DNA of 64,000 bases, taken from positions 21,973 to 85,972 of the forward strand of contig CAZWBW010000001.1 of NCBI GenBank assembly GCA_964632355.1, written 5' to 3'. Position 1 is the first letter of the stretch. Each line of letters starts with the position of its first letter. The position numbers and the translations under genes are program-made. Below the pieces are notes generated by a model. It did no database searches and was not told the DNA's origin. It saw only the letters and a program-made list of their open reading frames with translations. Shown one piece after another: positions 52,293 to 61,714 of the stretch. This stretch comes from an uncultured Anaerolineaceae bacterium. Its GTDB lineage: Bacteria; Chloroflexota; Dehalococcoidia; Tepidiformales; Tepidiformaceae.

Positions 52293-53413
52293 TCCGCGTC
52301 GCCGTTCGTAAACACCGGCAGCTGCAACGGCTCCGAAGACTCAATCTGTGCCCGCGACTGGACCGCGCCCAGGCTCGTCATCGCCCGCGAGGCCTGGTTC
52401 CGCAGCTCATCGCGCGAATTGCCGAGCATCGTGATCGCCCGCGAGAACCGTCCTTCGATCTCCTCCTGTAGCGCGCGTAGTGACTCCTCCGCAGCCGCGA
52501 TGTGCGCTGCGAGCTTCTCGACGTCGATATCGCGCGAGGTTCGCAGCACCGTCTGGAACACCAGCAGCAGGTACGGCACGAACATGCTGTACCCGACCAC
52601 GACGACCGAGTCCCGCATGCAGTCGGCCTGCACGGCCGCGCAGAGCTCGAACACCGCGTCCGGCACCACCGCGATCCCGAAGTTCACCGTGAGCTCCGGG
52701 TGAAGGTATTTGCGAACCTCTCTCGCTTTTTCGCGCACCGCGGCTTCGATCTGCGCCTTGATGCGCGCCTGCTCTGCCGGGTCCTCTGTGCCGAGGAACT
52801 GTTCGAGCAGCCCCGTTGCCGGCCACTTGCTATCGATGGGCAGCACAAGGTCGTTCGGCAGCCGCATCGCGAATTCGCACGTCCGGTTGCCCACCCGGAA
52901 GTTTCGCTCCTGCCACTCGGGCGGGAGCTTCGAAAACACCACATCCACCAGGTTCTCGCCCGCACTGCCCTTCGCCGCCGTCCCCGCGATGACCTGTTCG
53001 AGCCGCCGAATGGCCTGCGCCGTCTCGTGTTCCAGCGCCTGCCGTGCTCGCGCCGCCGCCTGCAGGTCCGTCAGCCCGTCGCGCGCCTTCGAGAGTTCGC
53101 CGCGGATGCTCTCCGTCGCTTCCCGCAACCCCGTCGCGAGGGTGTTCGCCTGCGCCAGGTCCCGCTGAATGTTCCCGACTGCAGTGCGCGTCTCGGACTG
53201 GTTCTTTTCGACCAGCGCGACCCGGTCGCTCAGGCCCCCGACCTTCTCCGCGATGGCCGCTGACTGGACTTCGAGGTTCTGCAGCGCCCGAGTCAGTTCC
53301 CCGAGCGGCAGCGGGGTGTCGCCAGGTGGCGCGGCGCGGCGTTGATTCTGAACGAGCGCGACGGCCACAAGGGCGGCGACACAGACAAGTACGACGACGA
53401 GCAACACTTCCAC
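52289..53413 (-). CDS. rmuC: DNA recombination protein RmuC
   Basis: An N-terminal TM helix is followed by a long coiled coil. The C-terminal RmuC nuclease-like core includes CEFAMRLPNDLVLPIDSKWP and FGIAVVPDAV. Confidence 0.85.
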   Translation of the reverse strand: MEVLLVVVLVCVAALVAVALVQNQRRAAPPGDTPLPLGELTRALQNLEVQSAAIAEKVGGLSDRVALVEKNQSETRTAVGNIQRDLAQANTLATGLREATESIRGELSKARDGLTDLQAAARARQALEHETAQAIRRLEQVIAGTAAKGSAGENLVDVVFSKLPPEWQERNFRVGNRTCEFAMRLPNDLVLPIDSKWPATGLLEQFLGTEDPAEQARIKAQIEAAVREKAREVRKYLHPELTVNFGIAVVPDAVFELCAAVQADCMRDSVVVVGYSMFVPYLLLVFQTVLRTSRDIDVEKLAAHIAAAEESLRALQEEIEGRFSRAITMLGNSRDELRNQASRAMTSLGAVQSRAQIESSEPLQLPVFTNGDAD

Positions 53414-53484
53414 GAGCCGATTCTACGTATCGGCCGCGACAAGTCCCGCCGCGTTTGGCACAGCGCTCGTCGAATTGGCAGCTC

Positions 53485-53811
53485 TCAGGGGAAGTCGCTG
53501 CCGGGAACCGCGTCCGGGTCACGCACCAGCTCTTCCCATCGGCGCGCGATTGCCTCCATCGGCGCTGGCGGCGGGGTCCACGGCATCCCGCGCACCACCA
53601 CCCCGCGGTTCGGTTCGTGCTCGACCAGCCCCTCGGATTCGAGCCGCCGGAACGCCTCCCGCACGGGCGTCTGCGACACGCCCCACCGCGCGGCCACCTC
53701 CTCCTGTCGCAGCCGCTCCCCCGCCGGGATATTCCCCGAAAGGATCGCGCTCTGCAGCGCCTCGTACACGATGTCGGCCTTCGTGCGTCCGCGGCTCGGC
53801 TGGGCTGTCAT
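53485..53811 (-). CDS. GntR-family (short, YtrA-like) transcriptional regulator
   Basis: The wHTH is IVYEALQSAILSGNIPAGERLRQEEVAARWGVSQTPVREAFRRLESEGLV. The protein is only 108 aa. Confidence 0.8.
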   Translation of the reverse strand: MTAQPSRGRTKADIVYEALQSAILSGNIPAGERLRQEEVAARWGVSQTPVREAFRRLESEGLVEHEPNRGVVVRGMPWTPPPAPMEAIARRWEELVRDPDAVPGSDFP

Positions 53812-53916
53812 ACGGGAAAGGATAACCCGTGTGAAAACGGAATGGACGACCTTTCGACCTACAGGAAAAGGGCCTCCTCACCTACCGCCCGGTCGTGCGC
53901 ACGATATCCTGAAGTC

Positions 53917-54318
53917 ATGCGCGCACTCCGTGGTCTTCTCCTTGCGTTCGGGCTCTTCGCCGCCGCATTCGCACTGCACGTCGTCGCCGGTGCCACCGAC
54001 CAGGGGTGGCTGTTCTCGATCGCCGTCGGGATCATCTACTTCCTGGTCACGGGCTTTCCGTTCGTCGCCACCGTCCTCGCCGGCGCACCACTTGCCGAAA
54101 CGGAACGGCGTGTGCTCCTTGGGGCGGGCGCCGTGGTGGGCGTCGTGTTGACTACGGGCGCCTACTGGGCCGCCGCTGGCCGCGAGTTCGACTGGTGGGT
54201 CATCCCCGCAGCATTCCCGTCGGTGGCGATCGTTAGCACGGCGCTGTTCCTGTTGGCACGGCTCTGGCCGCCCCTCGCGCCACGAACCGGGATGCCCGCC
54301 GGCACCTCCAGCCGGTAG
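53917..54318 (+). CDS. Hypothetical 4-TM membrane protein (divergent from the GntR gene)
   Basis: An ATG at 53917 opens a hydrophobic 133-aa protein. I recognise no family. Confidence 0.45.
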   Translation: MRALRGLLLAFGLFAAAFALHVVAGATDQGWLFSIAVGIIYFLVTGFPFVATVLAGAPLAETERRVLLGAGAVVGVVLTTGAYWAAAGREFDWWVIPAAFPSVAIVSTALFLLARLWPPLAPRTGMPAGTSSR

Positions 54319-54409
54319 CTCGTTTGCCGCGCTCCCGGGACGCCTGCTAGATTCCCTGCGGCTGTTATCTATCGTTCGCCAACGAATCTACTAACGCAGG
54401 AGTCTCGCC

Positions 54410-55432
54410 ATGGCCCGTCGCCTTGCGCTCTCCATCGGGTTTACCCCCGATCCCGAGACCGCCAAAGAAGTCATCCAGCGCGTCAAGATCGCCGAAGAGG
54501 TTGGCGTCGAAGCCGTGTTCACGGCCGAGACCTGGGGCCGCGACCAGTTCTCGCTGCTCACCCGCCTCGCGCTCGAAACCAGCAAGATTAAGATCGGCAC
54601 CGGCATCGCCCCGGTGTTCGGCCGCTCGCCCGCCGTCCTGGCCATGACCGCCGCCACGCTCGACGAACTCTCCGGTGGCCGCGTCATCCTCGGCCTCGGC
54701 ACGTCTGGTTCGCGCGTCATCGAACACTGGCACGGCGAACGGTTCGAAAAGCCGCTCACGCGCCTCAGGGAATACGTCGAGATCATCAACCTCATCGTGA
54801 GCGGCGAGAAGGTCTTCTATAACGGCGAGATCTTCAAGCTCGAGCGCGGGTTCAAGCTCCTGTTCGAACCGGTCCGCAAGCACATTCCCATCAGCATCGC
54901 CTCCATCTCGCCGAAGTCGATGCGCGAGGTCGTGGGCCCCGTGGCCGACGCCTGGGAGCCGCTCTATTGGCCGAAGTCCAAGTTCCAGGAAGGCAAGCAG
55001 CTCATCGCCGAGGCCGCCAAGGCGGCCGGCCGCCCGGAGGACGCCGTCGAGTGCTGGGCGAACATCACCACCGTGATCGAGCCCGATCTCGAGAAGGCCA
55101 AGCGCATGGCTGCCGGTCCCATCTCCTGGTACGTCACGAACATGGGCGACTTCTACCACCAGATGCTGACTCGCAACGGCTTCGGCGAAGAGGTCGCTGC
55201 CATGCGCAAGGCGGCCGAGAAGCATAAGCCGCTGCCGTTCCAGACCAACGACGAGATCATGGCCGCGATGGGCGACCGCATGCTCGACGAGACGGCCATC
55301 TATGGCGATCTCGATCGCGTGGCCGCCGGTCTTGAAGAGTTCCGCCAGCTCGGCGTCGACATGCCCGTCATCTCGATGCCGCAGGCGAGCGGCAAGGAAC
55401 TCGAGAAGATCCTCGGCACGCTCGTCGCCTGA
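54410..55432 (+). CDS. LLM-class (luciferase-like) F420-dependent oxidoreductase
   Basis: The sequence VEAVFTAETWGRDQFSLLT...IGTGIAPVFGRSPAVLAMTAATLDELSGGRVILGLGTS matches the family. Length is 340 aa. Confidence 0.85.
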   Translation: MARRLALSIGFTPDPETAKEVIQRVKIAEEVGVEAVFTAETWGRDQFSLLTRLALETSKIKIGTGIAPVFGRSPAVLAMTAATLDELSGGRVILGLGTSGSRVIEHWHGERFEKPLTRLREYVEIINLIVSGEKVFYNGEIFKLERGFKLLFEPVRKHIPISIASISPKSMREVVGPVADAWEPLYWPKSKFQEGKQLIAEAAKAAGRPEDAVECWANITTVIEPDLEKAKRMAAGPISWYVTNMGDFYHQMLTRNGFGEEVAAMRKAAEKHKPLPFQTNDEIMAAMGDRMLDETAIYGDLDRVAAGLEEFRQLGVDMPVISMPQASGKELEKILGTLVA

Positions 55433-55484
55433 TCCCGCTCCTTCCCCGCTGCCCGCGAGGCGCGGCGGTGGCAACGAACCAACG

Positions 55485-55519
55485 CTGACGCGGCCCCGGC
55501 ATCGCCGGGGCCGTGTCAG
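55485..55519 (+). terminator. Intrinsic terminator after the LLM gene
   Basis: CTGACGCGGCCCCGGC-ATC-GCCGGGGCCGTGTCAG forms a 16-bp stem with one G-U pair. It is followed by TTTCG. Confidence 0.6.
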
Positions 55520-55734
55520 TTTCGAATCCGAATCCGCCGCCGCGTGGTTCCAACCTGCGACCTTCGACGAACCTGCCCAGGGACGCGGACGACGCGGCCA
55601 ATTCCGACTGAAGCCGCCAAACCTACCATCCGTCCGCCTGCCGCCGCCGCGGTCGACTGACAACCCTGCCCGATTCCGTTACCGTAGCCCCACACGGCCC
55701 CATCACAGCACATGGGCTGGTTCGGAGGCGTCCG

Positions 55735-57897
55735 ATGACAATGCGCTATCGCTACTCGATGTGGGACGGCACCCAGGAAGTGCCAGAGATTGGCGCGGAT
55801 GACATCCTCGACAACCTCACCGACGACCTGATGAACTTCGGCGACCTGCAGCACGCGCTGCGCAACCTCATGCAGCGCGGAATCCGCAACCCGCAGGGCC
55901 AGCGCATGCAGGGCCTCCGCGACCTGCTTCAGCAGCTCCGCCAGCAGCGCCGGCAGCAACTCGACCGCTTCAACCTCAACTCCATCTTCGACGACATCAA
56001 GCAGAAGCTCGACGAAATCGTCGAAATGGAGCGCAACACGATCGATCGCCGCCTCGAAGAAGCACTCGGCCAGCAGGGCGACCAGGACCAGCAACAGCCC
56101 GGTCAGCAGGGCCAGCAGCAGCCTTCGAACCAGCAACCCGGCCAGCAGGGGCAGCAGCAGCCCGGACGGGAGGGCGGCGAACAGCAGCCCGGTCAGATGG
56201 GCCAGCAGGGCCAGCAGCAGGGCGGGCAGCCCAACGAGTTCGCCGAGATGCTCCGCAACATCGCGAACAAGAAGAAGGACTTCCTCGAGCAGCTGCCCCA
56301 GGATGTCGCCGGCCAGATGCGGGAGCTCCAGAACTACGAGTTCATGGACCCCGAGGCCCAGGCGCGCTTCAACGAACTCCTCGAGTCCCTGAAGAAGGCC
56401 ATGCTCGAAACCTTCTTCAAGGACATCTACGACCAGATCAAAAACATGTCGCCGGAAGACCTGCAGCGCATGAAGGAAATGGTTCGCGACCTGAACCAGA
56501 TGATGCAGGACCGCATGGCTGGCAACGAACCCGACTTCGACCAGTTCATGCAGAAGTACGGCGACCTCTTCGGTGACAACCCGCCGCAGTCACTCGACGA
56601 GCTCATCGCCCAGATGCAGCACCAGATGGGCCAGATGCAGAGCCTGCTCGATTCGCTGCCCGGCGATATGCGCCAGCAGCTGCAGGACCTGCTCGCCGAC
56701 AAGGTCGGAGACCCCGAGCTCCAGCAGGCCCTGAACGAACTCGCGCAGAACCTCGAGTACCTCTACCCGATGCGCGAGCTCCGCAACCAATACGCCTTCC
56801 GCGGCGAGGAGCAACTCGACCTGCAGGCCGCCATGAACCTCATGGAGCAGATGCAGTCGATCGACGAGATCGAACGCCAGCTCGAGCGCACCCAGTACGG
56901 CGGCGACATCGAAGACGTCGACGCCGACAAGCTCGAGGACCTCCTCGGACCGGAAGCCCGCGAGACACTCGAGCAGCTCAAGAAGTTCCTCGAGGTGCTC
57001 GAAGAGGCCGGGTACATCCGCAAGAAGGGCAACGGCTACGAGCTCACGCCGCGCGGCACGCGCAAGATCGGTCAGCGCGCCCTCGGCGAGATCTACCGCC
57101 AGCTCAAGAAGGACAGCTTCGGCAAGCACGAAATCCGCGAGGGTGGGCGTGGCGGCGATCGCACCGATACCACCAAGAAGTACGAGTTCGGCGACCCGTT
57201 CTACCTGGACATCCAGAAGACCATCATGAACTCGATGTACCGCGAGGGCCCCGGTCTCCCGATTCGCCTCCAGCAGGACGACTTCGAGGTCGCTCGCACC
57301 GAACTCCTCACGCAGACCGCGACTGTCATCATGCTCGACTTGAGCTGGTCGATGGCGCTACGCGGCAGCTTCCAGGCGGCGAAAAAGGTCGCCCTCGCGC
57401 TGAACAACCTCATCACATCCCAGTTCCAGCGCGACAGCCTCTACATCATCGGCTTCAGCGCCTACGCGCGGGAACTGAAGGCCGACCAGCTCCCATACGT
57501 CCGCTGGGACGAGTCGGTCCTGGGCACGAACATGCACCACGCGCTGATGATCGCCCAGTCGCTGCTCTCCAAGCACAAGCAAGGCACACGGCAGATCATC
57601 ATGATTAGCGACGGTGAACCCACCGCGCATCTCGAGCGCGGCCGCAGCTACTTTGCCTACCCACCGAGCCCCATCACCATCCGCGAGACGCTCAAAGAGG
57701 TGAAGCGCTGCACCCAGAAGGGCATCACCATCAACACCTTCATGCTCGACCGGAACTACTACCTCAAGGAGTTCGTCAACCAGGTCGCGCGTATCAACAA
57801 AGGCCGCGTGTTCTACACAACCCCCGATAAGCTCGGCGAGTACATTCTCGTTGACTATGTCGCCAGCAAGCGAAAGAGGCTCGCGGGTACGGGGTAG
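55735..57897 (+). CDS. vWA-domain protein with Q-rich insert
   Basis: GGAGG lies 6 nt upstream of the ATG. The N-terminus is RYRYSMWDGTQE. The C-terminal vWA domain has VIMLDLSWSM (MIDAS D.S.S) and IIMISDGEPTA. Length is 720 aa. Confidence 0.8.
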   Translation: MTMRYRYSMWDGTQEVPEIGADDILDNLTDDLMNFGDLQHALRNLMQRGIRNPQGQRMQGLRDLLQQLRQQRRQQLDRFNLNSIFDDIKQKLDEIVEMERNTIDRRLEEALGQQGDQDQQQPGQQGQQQPSNQQPGQQGQQQPGREGGEQQPGQMGQQGQQQGGQPNEFAEMLRNIANKKKDFLEQLPQDVAGQMRELQNYEFMDPEAQARFNELLESLKKAMLETFFKDIYDQIKNMSPEDLQRMKEMVRDLNQMMQDRMAGNEPDFDQFMQKYGDLFGDNPPQSLDELIAQMQHQMGQMQSLLDSLPGDMRQQLQDLLADKVGDPELQQALNELAQNLEYLYPMRELRNQYAFRGEEQLDLQAAMNLMEQMQSIDEIERQLERTQYGGDIEDVDADKLEDLLGPEARETLEQLKKFLEVLEEAGYIRKKGNGYELTPRGTRKIGQRALGEIYRQLKKDSFGKHEIREGGRGGDRTDTTKKYEFGDPFYLDIQKTIMNSMYREGPGLPIRLQQDDFEVARTELLTQTATVIMLDLSWSMALRGSFQAAKKVALALNNLITSQFQRDSLYIIGFSAYARELKADQLPYVRWDESVLGTNMHHALMIAQSLLSKHKQGTRQIIMISDGEPTAHLERGRSYFAYPPSPITIRETLKEVKRCTQKGITINTFMLDRNYYLKEFVNQVARINKGRVFYTTPDKLGEYILVDYVASKRKRLAGTG
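56071..56233 (+). repeat. Imperfect tandem repeats encoding (P-G-Q-Q-G-Q-Q-Q)n
   Basis: Three units of about 33 nt are present: cagcccggtcagcagggccagcagcagcc, caacccggccagcaggggcagcagcagcc and cagcccggtcagatgggccagcagggccagcagcag. Confidence 0.6.
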
Positions 57898-57920
57898 AAT
57901 CGCCGGGATTCCCAAAACAC

Positions 57921-57954
57921 ATTCGGCCCGCCACGAATCCGTAGCGGGCCGAAT
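57921..57954 (+). terminator. Hairpin after the vWA gene
   Basis: ATTCGGCCCGC-N12-GCGGGCCGAAT is followed by TCTTTCC. Confidence 0.55.
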
Positions 57955-58062
57955 TCTTTCCGATTTAGCGGCCGAAATGATCATGAAATGTAGCGTGCGA
58001 GCGTGATATGCCATCACGTACTGCGCACCCGCACGCTTCTTGTAGTACGCAAGGAGACACTC

Positions 58063-58344
58063 ATGGGCATCCTGACCTGGATCATTTTCGGCCTGATCGC
58101 CGGTGCCATTGCGCAAGTCCTCCTCCCGGGTGACGACCCCGGAGGCGGAGGCTTCATGGGCATCGTGATCACCATCATCATCGGGATCGTTGGCGCATTC
58201 GTCGGCGGCCTCATCGGGAGCGCACTCGGCTTCGGCGGTGTCGACGACTTCGACATCGGCAGCCTGCTTATCGCCATCCTTGGAGCCATTGTGCTCCTGG
58301 TGATCTGGCGCCTGATCGCGAGGCGTACCATCGAGCACGCGTAA
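58063..58344 (+). CDS. GlsB/YeaQ/YmgE-family (transglycosylase-associated) stress membrane protein
   Basis: AAGGAG lies 6 nt upstream of the ATG. The sequence is MGILTWIIFGLIAGAIAQVLLPG...GIVGAFVGGLIG. Confidence 0.85.
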   Translation: MGILTWIIFGLIAGAIAQVLLPGDDPGGGGFMGIVITIIIGIVGAFVGGLIGSALGFGGVDDFDIGSLLIAILGAIVLLVIWRLIARRTIEHA

Positions 58345-58372
58345 GGGAGGCGCCTCGCTGTAGGCGCCTCCC
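58345..58372 (+). terminator. Hairpin directly after the glsB-like gene
   Basis: GGGAGGCGCC-TCGCTGTA-GGCGCCTCCC forms a perfect 10-bp stem. There is no U-tract. Confidence 0.45.
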
Positions 58373-58519
58373 GGATCGTAGGCCCCGCCAGGGCGAAGCG
58401 AGGACCGTCCAACCACCAGGGCGGTCCTCGCAGTTGTCTGCCCCGCTGACTGCATCGTGTTGCCTGCTATCCTATGGCCCGCACGGGGACCCTCCAGGGC
58501 CCCACGCAGGCGGTTTTCA

Positions 58520-59287
58520 ATGCTCCTCGCCCTCGATATCGGCAACACCTCCATCCATATCGGCCTCTTCTCGGGCCAGGACCTCAAGGCCGACTGGCGC
58601 CTCGGCGTCGAGCGCGAAAAGTCAGCCGACGAATACGGCGTCCTGCTCTGGACCCTCATCGGGACACAGGGACTCGGCCCCGACGACATCGACGCGTGCA
58701 TCATCGGATGCGACGTGCCACCGCTGATCCCCACGTTCGAAACGGTGTGCCGCCGCTACTTCGGCGTCGAAGCTCTCGTCGTTGGGCACGGACTCCGGAC
58801 CGGCGTCCGCATCCTGTACGACAACCCGAAGCAGCTCGGCGCAGACCGCATCGTCGACGCTGTCGCTGCTACGAAGCTGTACGGCCCGCCGTTCATCGTC
58901 GTCGACTTCGGAACAGCCACCGTGTTCGATGCCGTGAACGAAAACGGCGACTACCTCGGCGGCGCCATCGCCCCGGGTATTGGCATCGCCTCCGAAGCGC
59001 TCTTCAGCCGCGCCGCGATGCTCTACCGAGTGCAGCTCGAACACCCGCCCGCCGCAATCGGCAAGAACACCATCCACGCCATGCAGTCCGGCATCATCTT
59101 CGGCTACGTTGGGCTGGTCGAAGGGCTCGTGCAGCGGTTCAAGAAAGAGCTCGGCGGCAACCCCACCGTGATCGCCACCGGCGGCTGGGCGAAGCAAATC
59201 GCCGCTGAGACCGACTGCATCGACATTGTCGACGACGACCTCACCCTCACCGGCCTCCGCCTGATTTACGAGATGAACCGCCCATGA
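58520..59287 (+). CDS. coaX: Type III pantothenate kinase
   Basis: The sequence MLLALDIGNTSIHIGLF...GADRIVDAVAA...VVDFGTATVFD matches CoaX. Confidence 0.9.
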   Translation: MLLALDIGNTSIHIGLFSGQDLKADWRLGVEREKSADEYGVLLWTLIGTQGLGPDDIDACIIGCDVPPLIPTFETVCRRYFGVEALVVGHGLRTGVRILYDNPKQLGADRIVDAVAATKLYGPPFIVVDFGTATVFDAVNENGDYLGGAIAPGIGIASEALFSRAAMLYRVQLEHPPAAIGKNTIHAMQSGIIFGYVGLVEGLVQRFKKELGGNPTVIATGGWAKQIAAETDCIDIVDDDLTLTGLRLIYEMNRP

Positions 59288-60507
59288 GCGACGCAGCCTC
59301 CGCCCGCTTGCCGCTGGACGGCCGTCACATCGTGCTCGGCGTCACCGGCTCCATCTCTGCGTACAAGGCCGCCGACCTCGCCAGCAAGCTGCGACAGGCC
59401 GGCGCCGCGGTCGAAGTCGTGATGACGCCCGCGGGAACGAAGTTCATCTCCCCACTCACCTTCCAGTCGCTCACCGGCCGCGATGTGGTGGTCGACATGT
59501 TCACCGCGAGCGAACCCGAGGCACACGTCGAGGTGGCCCGTCGCGCCGATGCGCTCGTCATCGCGCCCGCTTCGGCCGACTGCATCGCCAACCTTGCATC
59601 CGGCCGAACTCCCGACATGGTCACCCTCACCGCCCTCGCCACAAGAGCACCAGTGCTCGTCGCGCCCGCCATGGACAACCAGATGTGGGAGCACCCGGCC
59701 ACGCAGGCCAACGTTGCGCTGCTGAAAGAGCGCGGCGTCGTGTTCGTCGGTCCGAACGAAGGACGGCTCGCCACCGGCCGGGTTGGTCTCGGCCGGCTCG
59801 CCGAACCGCTCGAGATCCTCAGCGCCCTCCGCCAGCTCCTGGGCAGGGTTGACGGTGACCTTCGCGGTCGAAACGTCGTCGTGTCCGCCGGGCCGACGTA
59901 CGAACCCCTCGATCCCGTTCGCTTCGTCGGCAACCGGTCCAGCGGCAAGATGGGCTTCGCTATTGCCGAAGCCGCCCGCGACCGTGGCGCCGAGGTGACC
60001 CTCGTCCTTGGGCCCGTCGCACTGCAACCGCCCCACGGCATCCGCGTGGTTCGCGTGGAGACTGCCATGGACATGCTCTGCGCGCTCGAAGAGGTGACCG
60101 CGAATTCCGACGCGCTCGTCATGGCCGCTGCGCCCGCCGATTTCCGGCCCGAGCACCCCGCCGATCAGAAGCTGAAGAAGCAGCCCGGCCAGGACACGAT
60201 GACGGTCTCGCTCGCCAAGAACCCCGACATCCTCGCGTCACTGCCCGCCGGTGGCGTTCGTGTTGGGTTCGCGGCCGAGACCCACGACCTCGCGAAGAAC
60301 GCGGCAGCAAAGCTCGCCGCCAAACGCCTGGACTTCATCGTGGCGAACGACGTGACGGCGGCAGGGAGCGGCTTCGGCACCGACACGAACCAGGTCACTA
60401 TCTTCTATCCCGACGGCCGCGCCGAAGAACTGCCGCTCCTCACGAAGTACGAGGTCGGCCACGCGATCTGGGATCGCGTCGCCGAGCGCCTGGCCCAAAC
60501 GGCCTGA
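59284..60507 (+). CDS. coaBC: Bifunctional phosphopantothenoylcysteine decarboxylase / phosphopantothenate-cysteine ligase
   Basis: The ATGA overlaps coaX. The N-terminal flavoprotein domain has [13 protein letters not shown]. The C-terminal CoaB domain has NRSSGKMG. Length is 407 aa. Confidence 0.93.
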   Translation: MSDAASARLPLDGRHIVLGVTGSISAYKAADLASKLRQAGAAVEVVMTPAGTKFISPLTFQSLTGRDVVVDMFTASEPEAHVEVARRADALVIAPASADCIANLASGRTPDMVTLTALATRAPVLVAPAMDNQMWEHPATQANVALLKERGVVFVGPNEGRLATGRVGLGRLAEPLEILSALRQLLGRVDGDLRGRNVVVSAGPTYEPLDPVRFVGNRSSGKMGFAIAEAARDRGAEVTLVLGPVALQPPHGIRVVRVETAMDMLCALEEVTANSDALVMAAAPADFRPEHPADQKLKKQPGQDTMTVSLAKNPDILASLPAGGVRVGFAAETHDLAKNAAAKLAAKRLDFIVANDVTAAGSGFGTDTNQVTIFYPDGRAEELPLLTKYEVGHAIWDRVAERLAQTA

Positions 60508-60546
60508 GCGCCCGGCGACTTTCGAGTACTCGACTGAACCGAGCCG

Positions 60547-61011
60547 CTAGTAGCGGCCCCCGAGCTTCTTGTGGTCCCAGCTGTACACGTTGACCGGCTT
60601 CACCCGGATCGTCACACGCTTCTGCGCCATCGGCGAAACCGATTCCGGCGTGTCCGTCGGGATGGGCATGCCCTGGTACTTGTTGCCGACCAGCGACATG
60701 ATGCGCGCCGTGGTCTGAAGGTCGTCCACGATCTCCGCTTCGCCCTCGATGACCAGGCCCTTGAGCTCGTTGTACGTCTTCCCCGACTCGAGCATCACGG
60801 TGATCTTCGGGTCGCGCTTCAGGTTCAGCACCTTTTGGCTCTTCCGGAACGTGGTGAAGTGAACCATCCCGTCGACGACCACGTACCACATGGCCACCAG
60901 GTGCGGATACCCCTTGGGGCCGATGGACGCGACCTGGAGCGTCCACCCTTCATCGAGAAACTGGCGCTGTTCTTCTTCGGTCAGAGCAATCTCAGCACGA
61001 CGGCTGGGCAT
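60547..61011 (-). CDS. PPOX-class (pyridoxamine 5'-phosphate oxidase-like) probable F420-dependent enzyme
   Basis: The ATG at 61011 follows GGAGG. The split-barrel pattern is L..GWTLQVASIGPKGYPHLVAMWYVVVDG.VHFTTF.KSQKV.NLKRDPKITV. Confidence 0.75.
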   Translation of the reverse strand: MPSRRAEIALTEEEQRQFLDEGWTLQVASIGPKGYPHLVAMWYVVVDGMVHFTTFRKSQKVLNLKRDPKITVMLESGKTYNELKGLVIEGEAEIVDDLQTTARIMSLVGNKYQGMPIPTDTPESVSPMAQKRVTIRVKPVNVYSWDHKKLGGRY

Positions 61012-61084
61012 GTGGCCTCCTGGAGCAGGTGTAAGATTCCCTAAGCCTACACGTCCCTGCCGGGACAGGCGCGGGAGGGAAGCC

Positions 61085-61714
61085 ATGGCCGCATTCGAAC
61101 GCGACGAGCGCGGGTACCACCGCGGCGAACGCGAAATGCAGCGCCGTTTCGACACCGTGCGCCTGGCCGACCGCCTCGCCGATGTCACCAGGCACGCCGT
61201 CATCACCGCATCCGATCGCGCCTTCATCGAAGCGCGCGACCACTTCTTCCTCGCCACCGCCGACGAAGGTGGTAACGTCGACTGCTCCTACAAGGGCGGC
61301 GACCCCGGGTTCGTTCGCGTCATCGACGACCGCCACATCGCCTTCCCGAGCTACGACGGCAACGGCATCTTCATGAGCGCCGGCAACCTCCTTTCGCATC
61401 CGAAGGTCGGCCTGCTCTTTATCGATTGGGAGCGCGGCTGGCGCATGCGTCTCAACGGCGTCGCCAGCCTGCATTTCGACGACCCGCTCCTCGCCGAGTT
61501 CCCCGGCGCGCAGTTCATCGTTCGCGTCCGCGCCGAGGAGGTCTTCCCGAACTGTCCCCGGTACATCCACAAGATGCAGCTCGTGGAGCGATCGAAGTTC
61601 GTCCCCCGCGCGGAATGCGAAACGCCCGAGCCCGAATGGAAGGACCACTTCGAGGATGTACTCCCGGCCGACCAGCAAAAACGCCGCGCGGCGAAGCGAG
61701 ACGCATCAGGGTGA
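61085..61714 (+). CDS. Pyridoxamine 5'-phosphate oxidase-related FMN-binding protein
   Basis: GGGAGGGA lies upstream of the ATG. The sequence FFLATADEGGNVDCSYKGGDPGFVRV...NLLSHPKVGLLFIDWE matches the family. Length is 209 aa. Confidence 0.7.
   Translation: MAAFERDERGYHRGEREMQRRFDTVRLADRLADVTRHAVITASDRAFIEARDHFFLATADEGGNVDCSYKGGDPGFVRVIDDRHIAFPSYDGNGIFMSAGNLLSHPKVGLLFIDWERGWRMRLNGVASLHFDDPLLAEFPGAQFIVRVRAEEVFPNCPRYIHKMQLVERSKFVPRAECETPEPEWKDHFEDVLPADQQKRRAAKRDASG

Noticed and set aside
55516-56136. A 206-aa Leu-rich minus-strand ORF.
   Set aside because: It is the antisense of the CAG/CAGCAG-rich (Gln) segment of the vWA gene, since CTG gives Leu. It is an artefact of the repeat.
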